In this document: in pieces, positions 19,676 through 27,709 of the stretch
Layout of the letters: each line of letters starts with the position of its first letter
How positions within the stretch are numbered: position 1 is the stretch's first letter
Source: Thermus caldifontis
GTDB lineage: Bacteria; Deinococcota; Deinococci; Deinococcales; Thermaceae
NCBI RefSeq assembly: GCF_003336745.1
Contig: NZ_KZ851833.1
Coordinates: 65,454-97,453 of the forward strand
DNA length: 32,000 nt
Direction of reading: 5' to 3'
Position numbers and translations under genes: made by a program
The notes under the pieces: generated by a model
Seen by the model: only the letters and a program-made list of their open reading frames with translations
Database searches by the model: none
What the model was told of the DNA's origin: nothing

Positions 19676-20419
19676 CTACGAAAGCCACTCGGCTAAGGCC
19701 CAGACCAAAGGGGCCAGGAGAAGGGCAGGGAGGAAGGAGCCCACCCGCACCTTGGTGAGGCCCAGGAGGTTGATCCCCACCCCTAGGACCATAAGCCCCC
19801 CCACCCCGGTCACCAGGAGGACCCGGGGGTCCTGGGCGGGGTCGGGGAGGACCTGGCTTAGGGTACCCGCCAGCAGGGCGATCCCTCCCTGGTAGCCCAG
19901 GATCACCAGGACGCTAAACCCCACGCCGATGCCGAAGGAGCTGGTGAGGGCGATGGCGGAAAGCCCGTCCAGGGTGGCCTTTAGGAGAAGAAGGCTGGGG
20001 TCACCCGTAAGGCCATTTTGGATGGAGCCAAGGAGGGTCATGGGCCCCACGCAGAAGAGAAGGCTTGCGGCCACAAAACCTTCGGTGAAGCTTCCGCCTC
20101 CCCGTACCGCCTGCTTGATCCTCTCCCCGATGCCCTCGAGGCCCTCCTCAATCCGCCACCACTCCCCCAAAAGCCCCCCCAGGACCAGGGCGATGAGCCC
20201 CAGGACAACCCCGTCCATGGCCCCACCCCTGGCTTTTCCCAGGGCGCCCGCCATGGAGAACCCGATGAAAAGGGTGGTGAGCCCCACCCCCTGGACCATG
20301 ATGCGGGCCATGCGCTCGGGTAGCCGGCCCCGTAACAAAAGACCCAACCCCGTGCCCAGGGTCACGGTGGCGGCGTTGGTCAGGGTCCCCGAGAGCTTGT
20401 CCAGAAGGCTGAGCTCCAT
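19676..20419 (-). CDS. DUF554-family integral membrane protein
   Basis: MELSLLDKLSGTLTNAATVTLGTGLGLLLRGRLPERM... Polytopic, ~247 aa. Start trimmed to ATG 20419. Confidence 0.65.
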   Translation of the reverse strand: MELSLLDKLSGTLTNAATVTLGTGLGLLLRGRLPERMARIMVQGVGLTTLFIGFSMAGALGKARGGAMDGVVLGLIALVLGGLLGEWWRIEEGLEGIGERIKQAVRGGGSFTEGFVAASLLFCVGPMTLLGSIQNGLTGDPSLLLLKATLDGLSAIALTSSFGIGVGFSVLVILGYQGGIALLAGTLSQVLPDPAQDPRVLLVTGVGGLMVLGVGINLLGLTKVRVGSFLPALLLAPLVWALAEWLS

Positions 20420-20437
20420 GGGGGGTATTCTACGGGA

Positions 20438-21091
20438 GTGGAGCCCCTTCTCACCCAGGATGGCACCCCTACCCTGTTCCACCCCGGCTATGGGGAGGCC
20501 TACCATCCCCGGCAGGGGGCCCTGCTCCAAGCCAGGCGGCTTTACCTGGAGAAGACCCTAACCCACCTGCACCCGGCCCCTAGGGTCCTCGAGGTGGGCC
20601 TGGGGCTTTTGGTAAACTTTCGCACCACCCTGGAAAGTGCCCTGGAAAGAGGGGTCTACCTCCGCTATCTGGCCGTGGAACGGGAGCCCCTACCCCGGGA
20701 CCTTTTAGCCCAGGTGCGCCTTCCCCTCCCCCGGGCGGAGGAGGTGTTTGCCGAGATCCTCAAGGGTTGGCCTCAGGCCTGTTTCCGGGGGCCTTGGGGG
20801 GAGCTTTGCATCCTCTTTGGGGAGGTGGAGGCGCTGGAACTTCCCCGGGATTGGGCCACGGCGGTTTACCTGGACCCCTTCAGCCCTCGGGCAAACCCAG
20901 GGCCCTGGTCTTTGGCTGTTTTGCAGAAGCTTCGCCGGGCCTTGCGGCGTGGTGGGAGGCTGGCCACGTACTCTGCCCAAGGGGGCTTCCGCAGGAGCCT
21001 TAAGGCGGCAGGGTTTGCCCTTCACCGGGTGCCGGCTTTGGGGAAGCGGGAGTGGACGGTGGGAATCGCCTTAAAAGCTCCTCCCGGCTGA
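20438..21091 (+). CDS. MnmC-type SAM-dependent methyltransferase domain protein (DUF752; tRNA mnm5s2U-related)
   Basis: GTG start. LLTQDGTPTLFHPGYGEAYH and VYLDPFSPRANPGPW are characteristic of the MnmC methyltransferase module. Confidence 0.7.
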   Translation: MEPLLTQDGTPTLFHPGYGEAYHPRQGALLQARRLYLEKTLTHLHPAPRVLEVGLGLLVNFRTTLESALERGVYLRYLAVEREPLPRDLLAQVRLPLPRAEEVFAEILKGWPQACFRGPWGELCILFGEVEALELPRDWATAVYLDPFSPRANPGPWSLAVLQKLRRALRRGGRLATYSAQGGFRRSLKAAGFALHRVPALGKREWTVGIALKAPPG

Positions 21092-22181
21092 GGTAGGCCA
21101 GCTTGGCCCAGGAGCGGTCGGGCTTGGGCACTTCCCCCCGGTACAGCCATAGGAACCAGGCGCTGCTCAGGGTGGCCAGGAGACGGGGCCAAGGGGGAAG
21201 GGAGTGGGTCTGAAACCCAAAGAGCCTGGCTCCTTGCGCCAGGTAGCTGTATCCGTAAATCAGGCGCACCTCCGGGTCTTCTGCCACCTTTTGGGCCACC
21301 TTCTTCAGGCTCTCCCGGGCGTAGCGAATGGCCTCCAGGGGGGTAAGCTCCATGCTTCGCTGGCTTTCCAGATGTAGCTCAAAGGCCGGGGTACCGCGGG
21401 GCAGGTCTTTAAGGTTGGGCCCAGGGAAGGGTTTCTTCTCCACCCGGAATAGGTCAAAGGGACCATATCCCGCCCGTGCCACCCGGTGCCTCGTGTTGTA
21501 CCGTTCCTCAAACCCTTGCAGGCCGCGGATGAGGGCCAGCCTGGGGGTGAGGGGCCTGGGGGTAAGCCCGTCCAGGGTGACCGGCTCGTATCCGAGGTGG
21601 AGCATCTGGGGCAGCACCCGTTCCAGGAGCTTGAGCGTGCGCTCTGGGCCATCGTGGAGAAGCACGATGGATCCGGGGCGCAGGTAGTAAAGCAGGCGTT
21701 CTGCCAGGGCTTCGGGAGGGAGGTCCAGCCAGTCCTTGCTTTCCAGGTCCCATAGGGCCACGCGTTTACCTAGAAGTCGAGCAAAAAGCCGGGTGAAAGG
21801 GGTGTGAAGCCCATGGGGTGGCCGGTAGTAACGGCCTGGATTTCGCCGCATGTGTTCCCATTCCAGCCAAGGTAGGAAAAGTTTCCAGGCTTGGTGCCAT
21901 TCCCCGTGGTCCTCTATCTGGTGTCCTTCCCGCCTTATGGCCTCCACCCGGTCGGGTCTAGCCCTGGCCCGTTCCCCGGTCAGGAAGAAGGTGGCCTTGA
22001 CCCCGTAGCGGTGCAGGAGCGCCAAGAGAGCCTCCGTCCTCTCGGAGGGGCCGTCGTCAAAGGTTAGGGCCACCTTGGGGGTGCGCCTCGAGGCGTGGGC
22101 GTAAGCCCCAAGACCCAAAAAGCGAAAGAGGAGGTCCGAGAGCCCATAGAGGAGGAGGATCAGGCCCAGGATCAGTTCCAT
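21000..22181 (-). CDS. polysaccharide deacetylase (NodB-homology) with N-terminal TM helix and an extra C-terminal domain
   Basis: MELILGLILLLYGL (TM). VALTFDDGPSERTEALLALLHRYGVKATFFLTGERA (NodB motifs 1-2). 393 aa. Confidence 0.75.
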   Translation of the reverse strand: MELILGLILLLYGLSDLLFRFLGLGAYAHASRRTPKVALTFDDGPSERTEALLALLHRYGVKATFFLTGERARARPDRVEAIRREGHQIEDHGEWHQAWKLFLPWLEWEHMRRNPGRYYRPPHGLHTPFTRLFARLLGKRVALWDLESKDWLDLPPEALAERLLYYLRPGSIVLLHDGPERTLKLLERVLPQMLHLGYEPVTLDGLTPRPLTPRLALIRGLQGFEERYNTRHRVARAGYGPFDLFRVEKKPFPGPNLKDLPRGTPAFELHLESQRSMELTPLEAIRYARESLKKVAQKVAEDPEVRLIYGYSYLAQGARLFGFQTHSLPPWPRLLATLSSAWFLWLYRGEVPKPDRSWAKLAYLSREELLRRFPPSTPASPKPAPGEGQTLPP

Positions 22182-23338
22182 CGCATTCTCCAGAAAAGGG
22201 TAGCGTAAAAGAGGCTAAGCAGAAAAAAGATAGCGCTACCTACCAGCAAGGGAGCCCTTATGCCGAAGGCCTCCCAGAGTATTCCCCCCACCGCCGGCCC
22301 CAGGGCTATCCCCAGGCCCTCCACGGTCATCAACCCCCCCCAGATGGCGGCCCGATTTTCCTGGGGCAGATTCTTGGCCAGGAAGCCATTCCAGCCAGGC
22401 AGGAAAAGGCTAAAGCCAAGGCCGCCCAGGGCGGCGAGCAGCAAAAGCTCCCAGGAGCTAGGGGCGAAGGCCAGGCGTGCCATCACCAAGGCCAGGAGGA
22501 GAAGCCCGCTCACCAGGGCGAAGCGGTAGCCCCGCCGGTCCACCTGCCGGCCGGTAAAGGGCAGGAGGCCGAAGGCGAGACCACCACCCAAAAGGAGGAG
22601 TCCGCCTAAGGCGATGGGCTCGAGGGCTAGCTCCTCCTTGGCAAAACGCAAGATGAACAGGGAAACCAGGGCGGGGGCGAAGGTCTGGCCGAAGGCGGCG
22701 GGAAGGAAAAGGAGAAGCCGTTGGAAGGGGTAGGGTTCCCGCGCAGTCTGGGGGATTGGGATGCGGAAGGGAAACAGACTCAAGGCGAGAAGCAGGACCA
22801 CACCCTGGGCCAGGATAAGGAGGGTAAGCGCGGCTTCGGATTCCTTCTGGGCCACTTGCCCTACGCCTACCAGACCAATCCCCACCCAAGGCATCACCAA
22901 GGTCAGGGTGAAGGATAGGGCCCTGGCTTCCCGGCCAGGCACGGCGATGCGGCTGGCTAGGGTCATAAGCCCGGGGTACAGGGTGGACATGCTCATCCCC
23001 CAAAGGATGGCCAGCCCCCATAGGACCCAGCCGGCGTGGGCCGTGGGGGTAAGGAGGAGGGTGAGGAAACCTATAAAGGCAGCCAGGCTTACCGTGCGTC
23101 CGAACCCCACCCTTTCCGCCAGCAGCCCTCCAAAGGTCTTGGAAAGGTTCTCGGAGAGCTGGTGGAAGGTAAAGGCTAAGGTGAAAGTGGCAGGACCCAG
23201 CCCCAGGTGCTCTGGGGCATAGAAGGGGAGGAGGCCAGCGAAAAAGCCGCTTCGTACCCCCTCCATCAGACCTACAGCTAGGACGAGGCGTAGGAAGACG
23301 AAAAGCCCCTCCTTGGCCCACGGTAGATAGCGAAACAC
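22172..23338 (-). CDS. MFS transporter (12-TM type)
   Basis: 388 aa, polytopic, with an MFS loop 2-3-like motif (GLLAERVGFGRT). GTG start at 23338. Confidence 0.7.
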   Translation of the reverse strand: MFRYLPWAKEGLFVFLRLVLAVGLMEGVRSGFFAGLLPFYAPEHLGLGPATFTLAFTFHQLSENLSKTFGGLLAERVGFGRTVSLAAFIGFLTLLLTPTAHAGWVLWGLAILWGMSMSTLYPGLMTLASRIAVPGREARALSFTLTLVMPWVGIGLVGVGQVAQKESEAALTLLILAQGVVLLLALSLFPFRIPIPQTAREPYPFQRLLLFLPAAFGQTFAPALVSLFILRFAKEELALEPIALGGLLLLGGGLAFGLLPFTGRQVDRRGYRFALVSGLLLLALVMARLAFAPSSWELLLLAALGGLGFSLFLPGWNGFLAKNLPQENRAAIWGGLMTVEGLGIALGPAVGGILWEAFGIRAPLLVGSAIFFLLSLFYATLFWRMRWN

Positions 23339-23343
23339 GCTAA

Positions 23344-23349
23344 AGTATA
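23344..23349 (-). promoter_or_regulatory. possible -10 box (TATACT) giving a leaderless MFS transcript, inside a 14-nt divergent intergenic region
   Basis: Minus strand reads GGGTATACTTTAGCGTG: TATACT, 5 nt, then the GTG start. No Shine-Dalgarno. The same hexamer is the -10 of the tRNA-Pro promoter. Confidence 0.35.
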
Positions 23350-23352
23350 CCC

Positions 23353-24036
23353 GTGCGCATCAGCGTGGTGATCCCGGCCCACAACGAAGAGACCCTATTG
23401 CCAGGAGCCTTGCAAGCGGTTTTGCAGCAAACCCTGCCTCCTTTTGAGGTGATCGTGGTGGACAATGCCTCCACCGACCGCACGCGGGAGGTGGCGGAGG
23501 CGCTTGGGGTACGGGTGGTGTACTGCGCCAGGAAAGGGGTGGCCTATGCCCGCCAGGCGGGACTACTGGCTGCCCGGGGGGAATGGGTGGCCATGACCGA
23601 TGCCGATTCCCTGCCCCTTCCCACGTGGCTTCAGAGCCTGGCCCACCGTGCGGAAGGCGCAGTGGCCCTTTACGGACCCTTGCGCTTTTATGGGGTGTCG
23701 CCTTGGGCGGGCGTGGTTTCCGAGTGGGGCTACCGGGCCTTCCTGAACCTGATGGCCTTCTTGGGAAGACCCAACCTGGCCGGGGCCAACATGATGGTTC
23801 TGAAGGAGGCCGCCTTGAAGGTGGGAGGCTTCCCGGAGGTGGAAGCCAGGGAGGATGTGCTTTTGGGTTGGAGGCTTCGCCAGATAGGAAAAGTGCGGTA
23901 TGTGCCCGAAGCCCTGGTCCTAACCTCGCCCAGAAGGTTAAAGGGGGGTTGGGGAAGGTTTTTGGCCCAACAGCTTAGAAATCTCTTGGGTGATTCTCGA
24001 GGGTACTTCGGGGAAGACGGGGGAAGGGAAAGATAA
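23353..24036 (+). CDS. family 2 glycosyltransferase (GT-A fold)
   Basis: (V)RISVVIPAHNEETLLPGAL...VIVVDNASTDRTREVAE and TDADS (DxD). Confidence 0.8.
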   Translation: MRISVVIPAHNEETLLPGALQAVLQQTLPPFEVIVVDNASTDRTREVAEALGVRVVYCARKGVAYARQAGLLAARGEWVAMTDADSLPLPTWLQSLAHRAEGAVALYGPLRFYGVSPWAGVVSEWGYRAFLNLMAFLGRPNLAGANMMVLKEAALKVGGFPEVEAREDVLLGWRLRQIGKVRYVPEALVLTSPRRLKGGWGRFLAQQLRNLLGDSRGYFGEDGGRER

Positions 24037-25186
24037 GCCTCTGGGGCTCCACCCGCAGAATCTCATTGGCTTCGTCGTACACCGCGACAATCTTCTCGGC
24101 GATTCGCTCCGCAGACCGCTCCATGGCCCAGGCCCGGGCTTGTAAGCTGAAATGCCGGCGTTTGTCCTCATCCCGCAGGAGATCCAAGGCCTTTTCCGCC
24201 AGGGCCCGGTGGTCGCCCGGAGGCACCAGGTACCCGGTTTTCCCCTCCACCACCCCCTCCAGGACCCCCTCGGCTCCCACGGCCACCACGGGTACCCCCA
24301 TGGCCTGGGCCTCCCAGATGACCAGCCCCTGGGTTTCGGTCTCGCTGGCGAACAGAAAGACTTCCGCCATCCGGTAGTACCCGCCGATATATCGGTAGGG
24401 CACGGTGCCCAAGAAGCGTACCCGGTCTTCTATACCCAACTGGGCCGCCAGGCGCTTTAGGCTTTCCAGTTCCGGCCCCTCGCCTATGTGCGCCAGGAAG
24501 ACGTCCTCTTCCCGGGCCATCTCAGCTACAGCCCTGAGGACCACATCAAAGGATTTTTCCTTGCCTAGCCGACCCACGGTGATGAGCCGCCTTTTGCCCT
24601 CCGGCCAGGGGGAGGGTGAGGGAAGGGGCGCTTCCTCCAGAATGCGGTTGTCAATCCCTGTGGGAATGACCCGAATGGGCCTTTGGATGCCGTAGCCCTC
24701 CGCCAAGCGCTTGACTGGCTCCGTGGGGGCGATGACCACCTCCACCCGGTTGTAAAAGGCTTTGGCGAGCCTAGGGATGATGCCCGTGTATTTGTCCAGT
24801 ATGGCTAGCCCGGGAACGTAATGGGCGTACTTCTCGTAGTGGGTGTGGAAGGTGGAAACATGGGGCAGGTTTTTGTTGCGGGCGATCCTTAGGCCCCATA
24901 CTCCCAGGGTTAAGGGGGTGTGGGTATGGATGAGCTCAAACTCCGTGGGCAGGTGGCGGGAAGAGGGTAGAGCGATCTGCTGCCCCTCGTAAAAGGGGTA
25001 AGCCACGGAGGGGACCCGGACCACGCCTTCTTCTCCTTCCGGAGCCTCCGGATGATGGGGAGCCACCACCCAGGCCTCGTGTCCCATTCGCCGGAGCTCC
25101 CTAAGGAGAAGGTAGACGCTGGTGGTCACTCCGTTGGGGTTGGGGAAGTAGACGTCGGTGAAGAGGCCTACGCGGTAGAGACGCAT
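23975..25186 (-). CDS. family 4 glycosyltransferase (GT-B; glucosyl-diacylglycerol synthase-like)
   Basis: 403 aa. MRLYRVGLFTDVYFPNPNGVTTSVYLLLRELRRMGHEAWVVAP... C-terminal ETQGLVIWEAQAMGVPVVA (EX7E-type motif). Confidence 0.8.
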   Translation of the reverse strand: MRLYRVGLFTDVYFPNPNGVTTSVYLLLRELRRMGHEAWVVAPHHPEAPEGEEGVVRVPSVAYPFYEGQQIALPSSRHLPTEFELIHTHTPLTLGVWGLRIARNKNLPHVSTFHTHYEKYAHYVPGLAILDKYTGIIPRLAKAFYNRVEVVIAPTEPVKRLAEGYGIQRPIRVIPTGIDNRILEEAPLPSPSPWPEGKRRLITVGRLGKEKSFDVVLRAVAEMAREEDVFLAHIGEGPELESLKRLAAQLGIEDRVRFLGTVPYRYIGGYYRMAEVFLFASETETQGLVIWEAQAMGVPVVAVGAEGVLEGVVEGKTGYLVPPGDHRALAEKALDLLRDEDKRRHFSLQARAWAMERSAERIAEKIVAVYDEANEILRVEPQRLIFPFPRLPRSTLENHPRDF

Positions 25187-25188
25187 GC
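25083..25188. repeat. 106-bp repeat, copy 1 (5' end of the intact GT4 gene)
   Basis: Direct comparison with 27600-27705 shows 103/106 identical. Mismatches are at 25114, 25130 and 25151. Confidence 0.9.
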
Positions 25189-25197
25189 AAGGCTAGT

Positions 25198-26040
25198 TTA
25201 CCAGGGAAGAGGTTTTAGGCCATCTTTTAAGCCCTTGAGGATTGTGTACCAGCCTCGCTTGCCTTGCCTGATGAGGTAGACTATGGCTTCGCCGGCAAAG
25301 TGAAGGAAAAGAAGAAATCGCCAAAATAACGGCAGGTTCTTAGAACGCATTATCCAAAGACGGTTACGAACCTGATAATAATACCGGCCGTCTTTAGAAT
25401 CCGCAGGCGTGTAGATGGCAGTGGTTTTGTGGACCACTATACTAGAGGGATTGAGAAACGCGTTACCAAGGCGAAGGAAGTATTCAACGTCATCATTCCA
25501 TATAAAGAATTCTTTTTTCGGCAGGCCTTTTTTAAAAATGGCTTCCCTTTTTATTAGTACCGAAACAAAACTTATCCAGACCACCTCTTTGAGTGCACAT
25601 GGGGTGGGGAGAAATCTTAATTTAGACCAAGGAGAGTTCATAGGGTGGACCTTACCGTTGGTCCAGAGAACTCTACTGCCTATTGCGTTTACGGCCCTTC
25701 CTTTTTGATTCAGACAGGCTGCCGCTTCTAAGAGCTTTTCAAGAGCGGACTCTCCAGGTATGGTATCGTCATCCATCACCCATATCCAGTCATACCCTGC
25801 TTCATAAGCCCGCTTCATCCCCTCATGAAAGCCTCCGGCACCCCCCTGGTTCTCCGGCAAGGCCAGGACCTCCACCTGGGGGAATTCTTCCTTGAGCATC
25901 TCCCGGGTCCCGTCGGTGCTGGCGTTGTCCACCACCAGGACATGGTCCGGGGGGCGGGTTTGGGATAGCACTGCCTGCAAGCACTCCCGCAGGAGTTCCT
26001 TGCGGTTGTAGGTTACGATCACCGCACACACCCTATCCAC
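25198..26040 (-). CDS. family 2 glycosyltransferase (GlfT/rhamnosyltransferase-like), compositional mosaic
   Basis: CAVIVTYNRKELLRECLQAVLSQTRPPDHVLVVDNASTDGT...WVMDDDT (DxD). Start set to GTG 26040, 4 nt after GAGGAGGTG; the ORF-track start is a TTG at 26055. Adjacent to glf. Confidence 0.8.
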   Translation of the reverse strand: MDRVCAVIVTYNRKELLRECLQAVLSQTRPPDHVLVVDNASTDGTREMLKEEFPQVEVLALPENQGGAGGFHEGMKRAYEAGYDWIWVMDDDTIPGESALEKLLEAAACLNQKGRAVNAIGSRVLWTNGKVHPMNSPWSKLRFLPTPCALKEVVWISFVSVLIKREAIFKKGLPKKEFFIWNDDVEYFLRLGNAFLNPSSIVVHKTTAIYTPADSKDGRYYYQVRNRLWIMRSKNLPLFWRFLLFLHFAGEAIVYLIRQGKRGWYTILKGLKDGLKPLPW

Positions 26041-27154
26041 GGGCCACCTCCTCAAACACCTTCAGGGCTCTTGCCACCGCCTGGTCCATATTGTAGTAGC
26101 GGTAATCGCCAAGCCTCCCGGCAAAGAGGACGGTCTTCAGCTTGGCCGCCTCCTTCTGGTAAAGCCTGAGCCGCTCCTCGTTCTCCTCCCGGGGAACCGG
26201 GTAGTAGGGCTCGTTCCTTCCCGTTTCGTAGGCCTCTGGGAACTCGTAGGCCACCGTGGTGTGGGGCAGGTAGGTTTGCCCGGTGAGGTGCTTGAACTCG
26301 GTGATCCGGGTGAAAGGCTGGTCGCCTGGGTAGTTCACCGTGGCCACCTCCTGGAACCAGGGCTTGGCATGGTGCTCCAGACGGAAGCGCAGGGAGCGGT
26401 AGGGCAGGGGGCCATGGAGGTAGCCGAAAAACTCGTCGATGGGCCCAGTGAAGATGAGGCGGTCAAAGCGCACCTCCCCCTCCACCTCCTTCCAGTCCGC
26501 CCCCAGGAGCACTTTGATGTGGGGATGGGCCAGCATCCTTTGGAAAAGGGCGGTGTACCCCTCCTTGGGCATGGCCTGATAGGTGTCCTGGAAGTAACGC
26601 TGGTCGTAGCTCACCAGCACGGGGACCCGTCCGGTGACCGTGGGGGAAAGATCCTCGGGCCTCAGGCCCCACTGCTTCAGGGTGTAGCCCTCAAAGACGT
26701 TTTTGTACACGTAATCGGCCAGAAAGCGGAGATCGGGGTCCTCCACCTCCTTGAGCTTGAGGATGGGGACCCGGGCCCCGTAGCCGAAGTGGGCGATGAG
26801 CTTTTCCTCTAACCTCTCGGCAAGCCTTTGGGAGAAAAGGGCCCGCAAAGAGGCCAGGCTGAAGGGGAGGGGGATCTCCTGGCCCTCCGCCACCGCCCGT
26901 ACCCGGTGGTAGTAGGGGCGCCACTCCGTGAATCGGGAGAGATAGTCCCACACCTTTTGGCTGTTGGTGTGGAAGATATGGGGACCGTATTTGTGCACCA
27001 GGACCCCGTTTGCATCGTACTCGTCGTAAGCGTTGCCCCCCACGTGCTGGCGGCGGTCCACCACCAACACCCTCTTGCCCAGTTCCTTGGCTATGCGCTC
27101 CGCCAGGGTGGCCCCGGTGAAACCGGCACCCACGATGAGGTAGTCTATTTTCAT
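26033..27154 (-). CDS. glf: UDP-galactopyranose mutase
   Basis: MKIDYLIVGAGFTGATLAERIA (FAD GxGxxG) ...HKYGPHIFHTNSQKVWDYLSRFTEW...YYPV...GRLGDYRYYNMDQ. 373 aa. Confidence 0.92.
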   Translation of the reverse strand: MKIDYLIVGAGFTGATLAERIAKELGKRVLVVDRRQHVGGNAYDEYDANGVLVHKYGPHIFHTNSQKVWDYLSRFTEWRPYYHRVRAVAEGQEIPLPFSLASLRALFSQRLAERLEEKLIAHFGYGARVPILKLKEVEDPDLRFLADYVYKNVFEGYTLKQWGLRPEDLSPTVTGRVPVLVSYDQRYFQDTYQAMPKEGYTALFQRMLAHPHIKVLLGADWKEVEGEVRFDRLIFTGPIDEFFGYLHGPLPYRSLRFRLEHHAKPWFQEVATVNYPGDQPFTRITEFKHLTGQTYLPHTTVAYEFPEAYETGRNEPYYPVPREENEERLRLYQKEAAKLKTVLFAGRLGDYRYYNMDQAVARALKVFEEVARG

Positions 27155-27703
27155 ATCTCCTCCAAAGTCTTAGAAAGCTGCTTGGCGCTAGCCTCCAGGG
27201 TGTGGTGGGCGAGGACATAGGTTCGCGCCTCTTCCCCCAGCTGTTTGGGTAGGTTCTGCAGGGCATAGGCTAGGGCGGAAGGACGAGGGGGTATGAGCAG
27301 ACCTGCTTTCCCATGGCGTATTACCTCCTTCTGTGCGGGGATCGGTGTGGTTACCACGGGGAGCCCTGAGGCCATGGCCTCGAGGGTAGCCAGGCTTTGG
27401 TTCTCTCCTAAAGTGGGCAGGAGCATGGCATCCACAGCCCGGTAAAGTTCAGGCATGTCGTTGCGGCGCCCGAGACAGTGCACATTTCTTAGGTTGAGGA
27501 GGCGGGTAGTGCGCTGCCAAAGCCCCATGAGTTCCCCTGTTCCCACCAGGAGAAAGTCTACCTCCTCTTGGCCCCGGAGGAGCGGCTAGGGCGCTGTGCC
27601 CCATTCGCCGGAGCTCCCTAAGGAGAAGGTAAACGCTGGTGGTCACCCCGTTGGGGTTGGGGAAGTACACGTCGGTGAAGAGGCCTACGCGGTAGAGACG
27701 CAT
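27151..27703 (-). pseudogene. disrupted GT4 glycosyltransferase: 35-codon N-terminus, foreign 31-bp filler, then a frameshifted C-terminal ~140 codons
   Basis: ORF 27449..27709 starts MRLYRVGLFTDVYFPNPNGVTTSVYLLLRELRRMGH and then degenerates. ORF 27151..27546 is in a different frame and carries only the GT4 C-terminal half (LGRRNDMPELYRAVDAMLLPTLGENQSLATLEAMASGLPVVTT). About 200 codons of a normal GT4 are missing. Confidence 0.8.
27565..27595. repeat. 31-bp exact copy of an internal mfd segment, at the breakpoint of the GT4 pseudogene
   Basis: CTCTTGGCCCCGGAGGAGCGGCTAGGGCGCT is identical to 30000-30030, same orientation. The flanking bases differ on both sides. Confidence 0.9.
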
Positions 27704-27705
27704 GC
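27600..27705. repeat. 106-bp repeat, copy 2 (5' end of the GT4 pseudogene)
   Basis: See copy 1. Same orientation, 2.5 kb apart. Confidence 0.9.
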
Positions 27706-27709
27706 CCAT

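Noticed and set aside
22458-23321. 287-aa minus-strand ORF and other alternative-frame ORFs inside the MFS, glf (26691..27266) and mfd (29830..30453, 30495..30893, 31241..31625) genes
   Set aside because: These are low-complexity Pro/Gly/Arg translations overlapping genes with clear family motifs.
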